From Chiloscyllium plagiosum (lineage: Eukaryota): a DNA stretch of 53,543 nucleotides. The stretch is taken from NCBI RefSeq assembly GCF_004010195.1, contig NC_057749.1, positions 26,735,438 to 26,788,980 on the forward strand. Reading direction: 5' to 3'. Numbering within the stretch: the first letter of the stretch is position 1; the number at the start of each line of letters is the position of its first letter. The notes beneath the pieces were generated by a model. It did not search any database. It was not told the origin of the DNA and worked only from the letters and a program-made list of their open reading frames with translations. The translations under genes and the position numbers were made by a program. This document shows, piece after piece, positions 51,178-53,543 of this stretch.

Positions 51178-51740
51178 TGTGGGATATAGATAAATTAATG
51201 TTATTTCTGCAATTATAAGTTTTGATACAGAGTAAATGAACTCACATCAGTGTGTAATTGTTTCAGCTAAGAGCTGAGTCAACAAGAATGGAAACTATGT
51301 GGAGGAAATATATAATCAGTTAAAATGGTATGCCAGCATGAAACGTGATTGCAAAACAATACAGGCACTAGATAAAATGCTGTGAAGAGAGGTCTGTACA
51401 AACAGTAGGTTTCCCACTTGTACAGAGACACAGGAACAAACCCCAATTAAAAGGGCTTAGTGATAAGATGCTGTGAGGGGCAGCGCAGATGGAGGGAGTA
51501 GATAATGGTAAGCAAAGGATGGGATGAGGTCAAACGGCCTTGTGAGGTCAGAGTAAGCATTTTGTCACAGACAAGACCGGATAAACAGGAATAATGGGGC
51601 CAGTCTTAGGGAACTGGAGGATGTAGATAGGGGAAGAGCAATGTAAAACAAAAGAAGCCAAATTATATAAATATCGAGCGTTTGTCGAATTCGGTGTGTG
51701 TTTTGTCCCTGCCTTGTGACATCACACCCACTTGCAAGTG
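51178..51740 (+). repeat. Putative 5' LTR of an endogenous retrovirus (runs into the gap)
   Basis: Starts with TGT exactly where CR1 similarity stops; TATATAAA at 51664-51671; lies upstream of retroviral gag. Confidence 0.5.
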
Positions 51741-52227
51741 NNNNNNNNNNNNNNNNNNNNNNNNNNNNNNNNNNNNNNNNNNNNNNNNNNNNNNNNNNNN
51801 NNNNNNNNNNNNNNNNNNNNNNNNNNNNNNNNNNNNNNNNNNNNNNNNNNNNNNNNNNNNNNNNNNNNNNNNNNNNNNNNNNNNNNNNNNNNNNNNNNNN
51901 NNNNNNNNNNNNNNNNNNNNNNNNNNNNNNNNNNNNNNNNNNNNNNNNNNNNNNNNNNNNNNNNNNNNNNNNNNNNNNNNNNNNNNNNNNNNNNNNNNNN
52001 NNNNNNNNNNNNNNNNNNNNNNNNNNNNNNNNNNNNNNNNNNNNNNNNNNNNNNNNNNNNNNNNNNNNNNNNNNNNNNNNNNNNNNNNNNNNNNNNNNNN
52101 NNNNNNNNNNNNNNNNNNNNNNNNNNNNNNNNNNNNNNNNNNNNNNNNNNNNNNNNNNNNNNNNNNNNNNNNNNNNNNNNNNNNNNNNNNNNNNNNNNNN
52201 NNNNNNNNNNNNNNNNNNNNNNNNNNN
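51741..52227. other. Assembly gap (487 N)
   Basis: Run of N. Confidence 1.
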
Positions 52228-52972
52228 TGTACAGCTGGTAGAAAGTTTAACCCTTTGTGATTTGGTTTGAGTGAACATTTGTTTGTTAGTGATTGAATGT
52301 TTGTGTTTTGTTCCCTGGAGCTTGAGTTCCAGGACTGTTTTGAATCTGATTTTTATTATGGAAACTTACCATGATTTCTTTTAAGGTTAGGGATTCTATC
52401 GAGATTATGAAGAAAAAAAGAATAACTCCTGTTCTTTTTACAAATCATGACTGCCTTATTATCAGTTTCTAACTAGTCCCTTTTATCTTTACACAGAAGC
52501 GATTTATGGAGGAGAGTTGAAGTTTCAGTTCAACATAAGATTGTAGTAAAAACAAAATTCTATGGTTAATGTCTGTGACCTTGGATTCAGCCATTGTTCA
52601 TGCATGAGAAGTTTTTTTTAAACTTGAATAGACAAATTCTTTTAAGGCAGCTCTGATTATTTCACGACCTATAGTATTGTAATTGAGCAATGATTGGTCA
52701 GGAATACTTAAGAAAACTAATTTTGGATTTAAATTAAAGGACTAAAACTGGGTAATTACAGTGAATTTCAAAATTGGGAACTGTATGCATTTTACATTAT
52801 AAATATTAAATACTGAAGAAATGAACGTAAATATATAAATATATTTACAAGTTAGGAACAGGCTTTAAAGTTAGTCAAGCATGAATTGATGAATTGGTGT
52901 TTGAAGTTATGGGGAGCTAGAAATATTGCAATATTTCTTTAAGAAAGAAAAAGGGGGAAGAACGTAATGACT

Positions 52973-53543
52973 TATCCCCTTCGGGAGGTACCCATAGGGG
53001 ACAAAGAGATTGGGTTTGTGAGTGTCCCCTCCTCACCAGTGGGGAGGTCATAACATTTAAAAGGGAAATGAAGGTCCTAGTTGAGGATCCGGTGGGGTTG
53101 TCTGAACAAATTGATCAATTTCTGGGGCCCAGTCTGTATACCTGGTCTGAGTTAATGTCTATTTTGAATATACTATTTACTGGGGAAAAAAAGGGGACTT
53201 ATACGAGGAGCAGCCATTAAAATATGGGACAGGGAACACCCGATTGGAGATGGGGATGCTGGACAGGGAGAGGTGAAGTTTCCCCTCAGAGACCCCCAGT
53301 GGGAAAACCAAAACCCGGAGCATAGAGAAGAAATGAGGGAATTGAAAGACCGGATTCTAAAAGGAATAAGAGAAGGAGTTCCGAAGTCACAGAATTTGAC
53401 TAAAGCCTTTGAAGTTAGACAGGAGAAAGATGAGACTCCCTCAGCTTTCCTGCAAAGATTAAGGGACTCAATGCGGAAATACTCTGGAATGAACCCTGAG
53501 GACCCAGTGACACAGGGTCTGTTGAAAGTACATTTTGTGACAA
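52973..53543 (+). mobile_element. gag: Class I (gamma/epsilon-like) endogenous retrovirus gag capsid region, two frameshifts, runs off the window
   Basis: Manual translation YPLREVPIGDKEIGFVSVP/LTSGEVITFKREMKVLVEDPVGLSEQIDQFLGPSLYTWSELMSILNILFTGEKKG/LIRGAAIKIWDREHP...KFPLRDPQWENQN...VRQEKDETPSAFLQRLRDSMRKYSG; major homology region at 53414-53461. Confidence 0.85.

Noticed and set aside
51565..52278. Long ORFs in the ORF track
   Set aside because: They are artefacts of translating through the N gap.

Overview
Repeat-rich eukaryotic genomic DNA, very probably from a shark. The basis is HE1-type SINEs plus shark-style CR1 and Penelope repeats; the taxon is inferred. There is one protein-coding gene, on the + strand: a four-coding-exon classical RAS GTPase (2192-2302, 4394-4572, 10521-10680, 14898-15014; 188 aa). 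It has a KRAS4B-type polylysine tail and Ser181, several NRAS-like G-domain residues, no visible exon 4A, and a CIIL CaaX box that predicts geranylgeranylation; the best fit is the KRAS4B-like paralogue KRASBL. The rest is mostly decayed retroelements: many CR1 LINEs (one near full length with an esterase ORF1 in intron 2), HE1 and Deu-type SINEs, several Penelope-like elements (nested, with inverted terminal repeats and TSDs), a Gmr1-type Gypsy element (SCAN-like gag, integrase upstream of RT), and, around a 487-N gap, a class I endogenous retrovirus (LTR plus capsid gag). The most striking non-coding signal is more than a dozen minimal hammerhead-ribozyme-like motifs (CUGANGA-stem II-GAA-palindrome) from three Penelope-associated repeat families. 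One intact copy lies on the sense strand of the RAS pre-mRNA.
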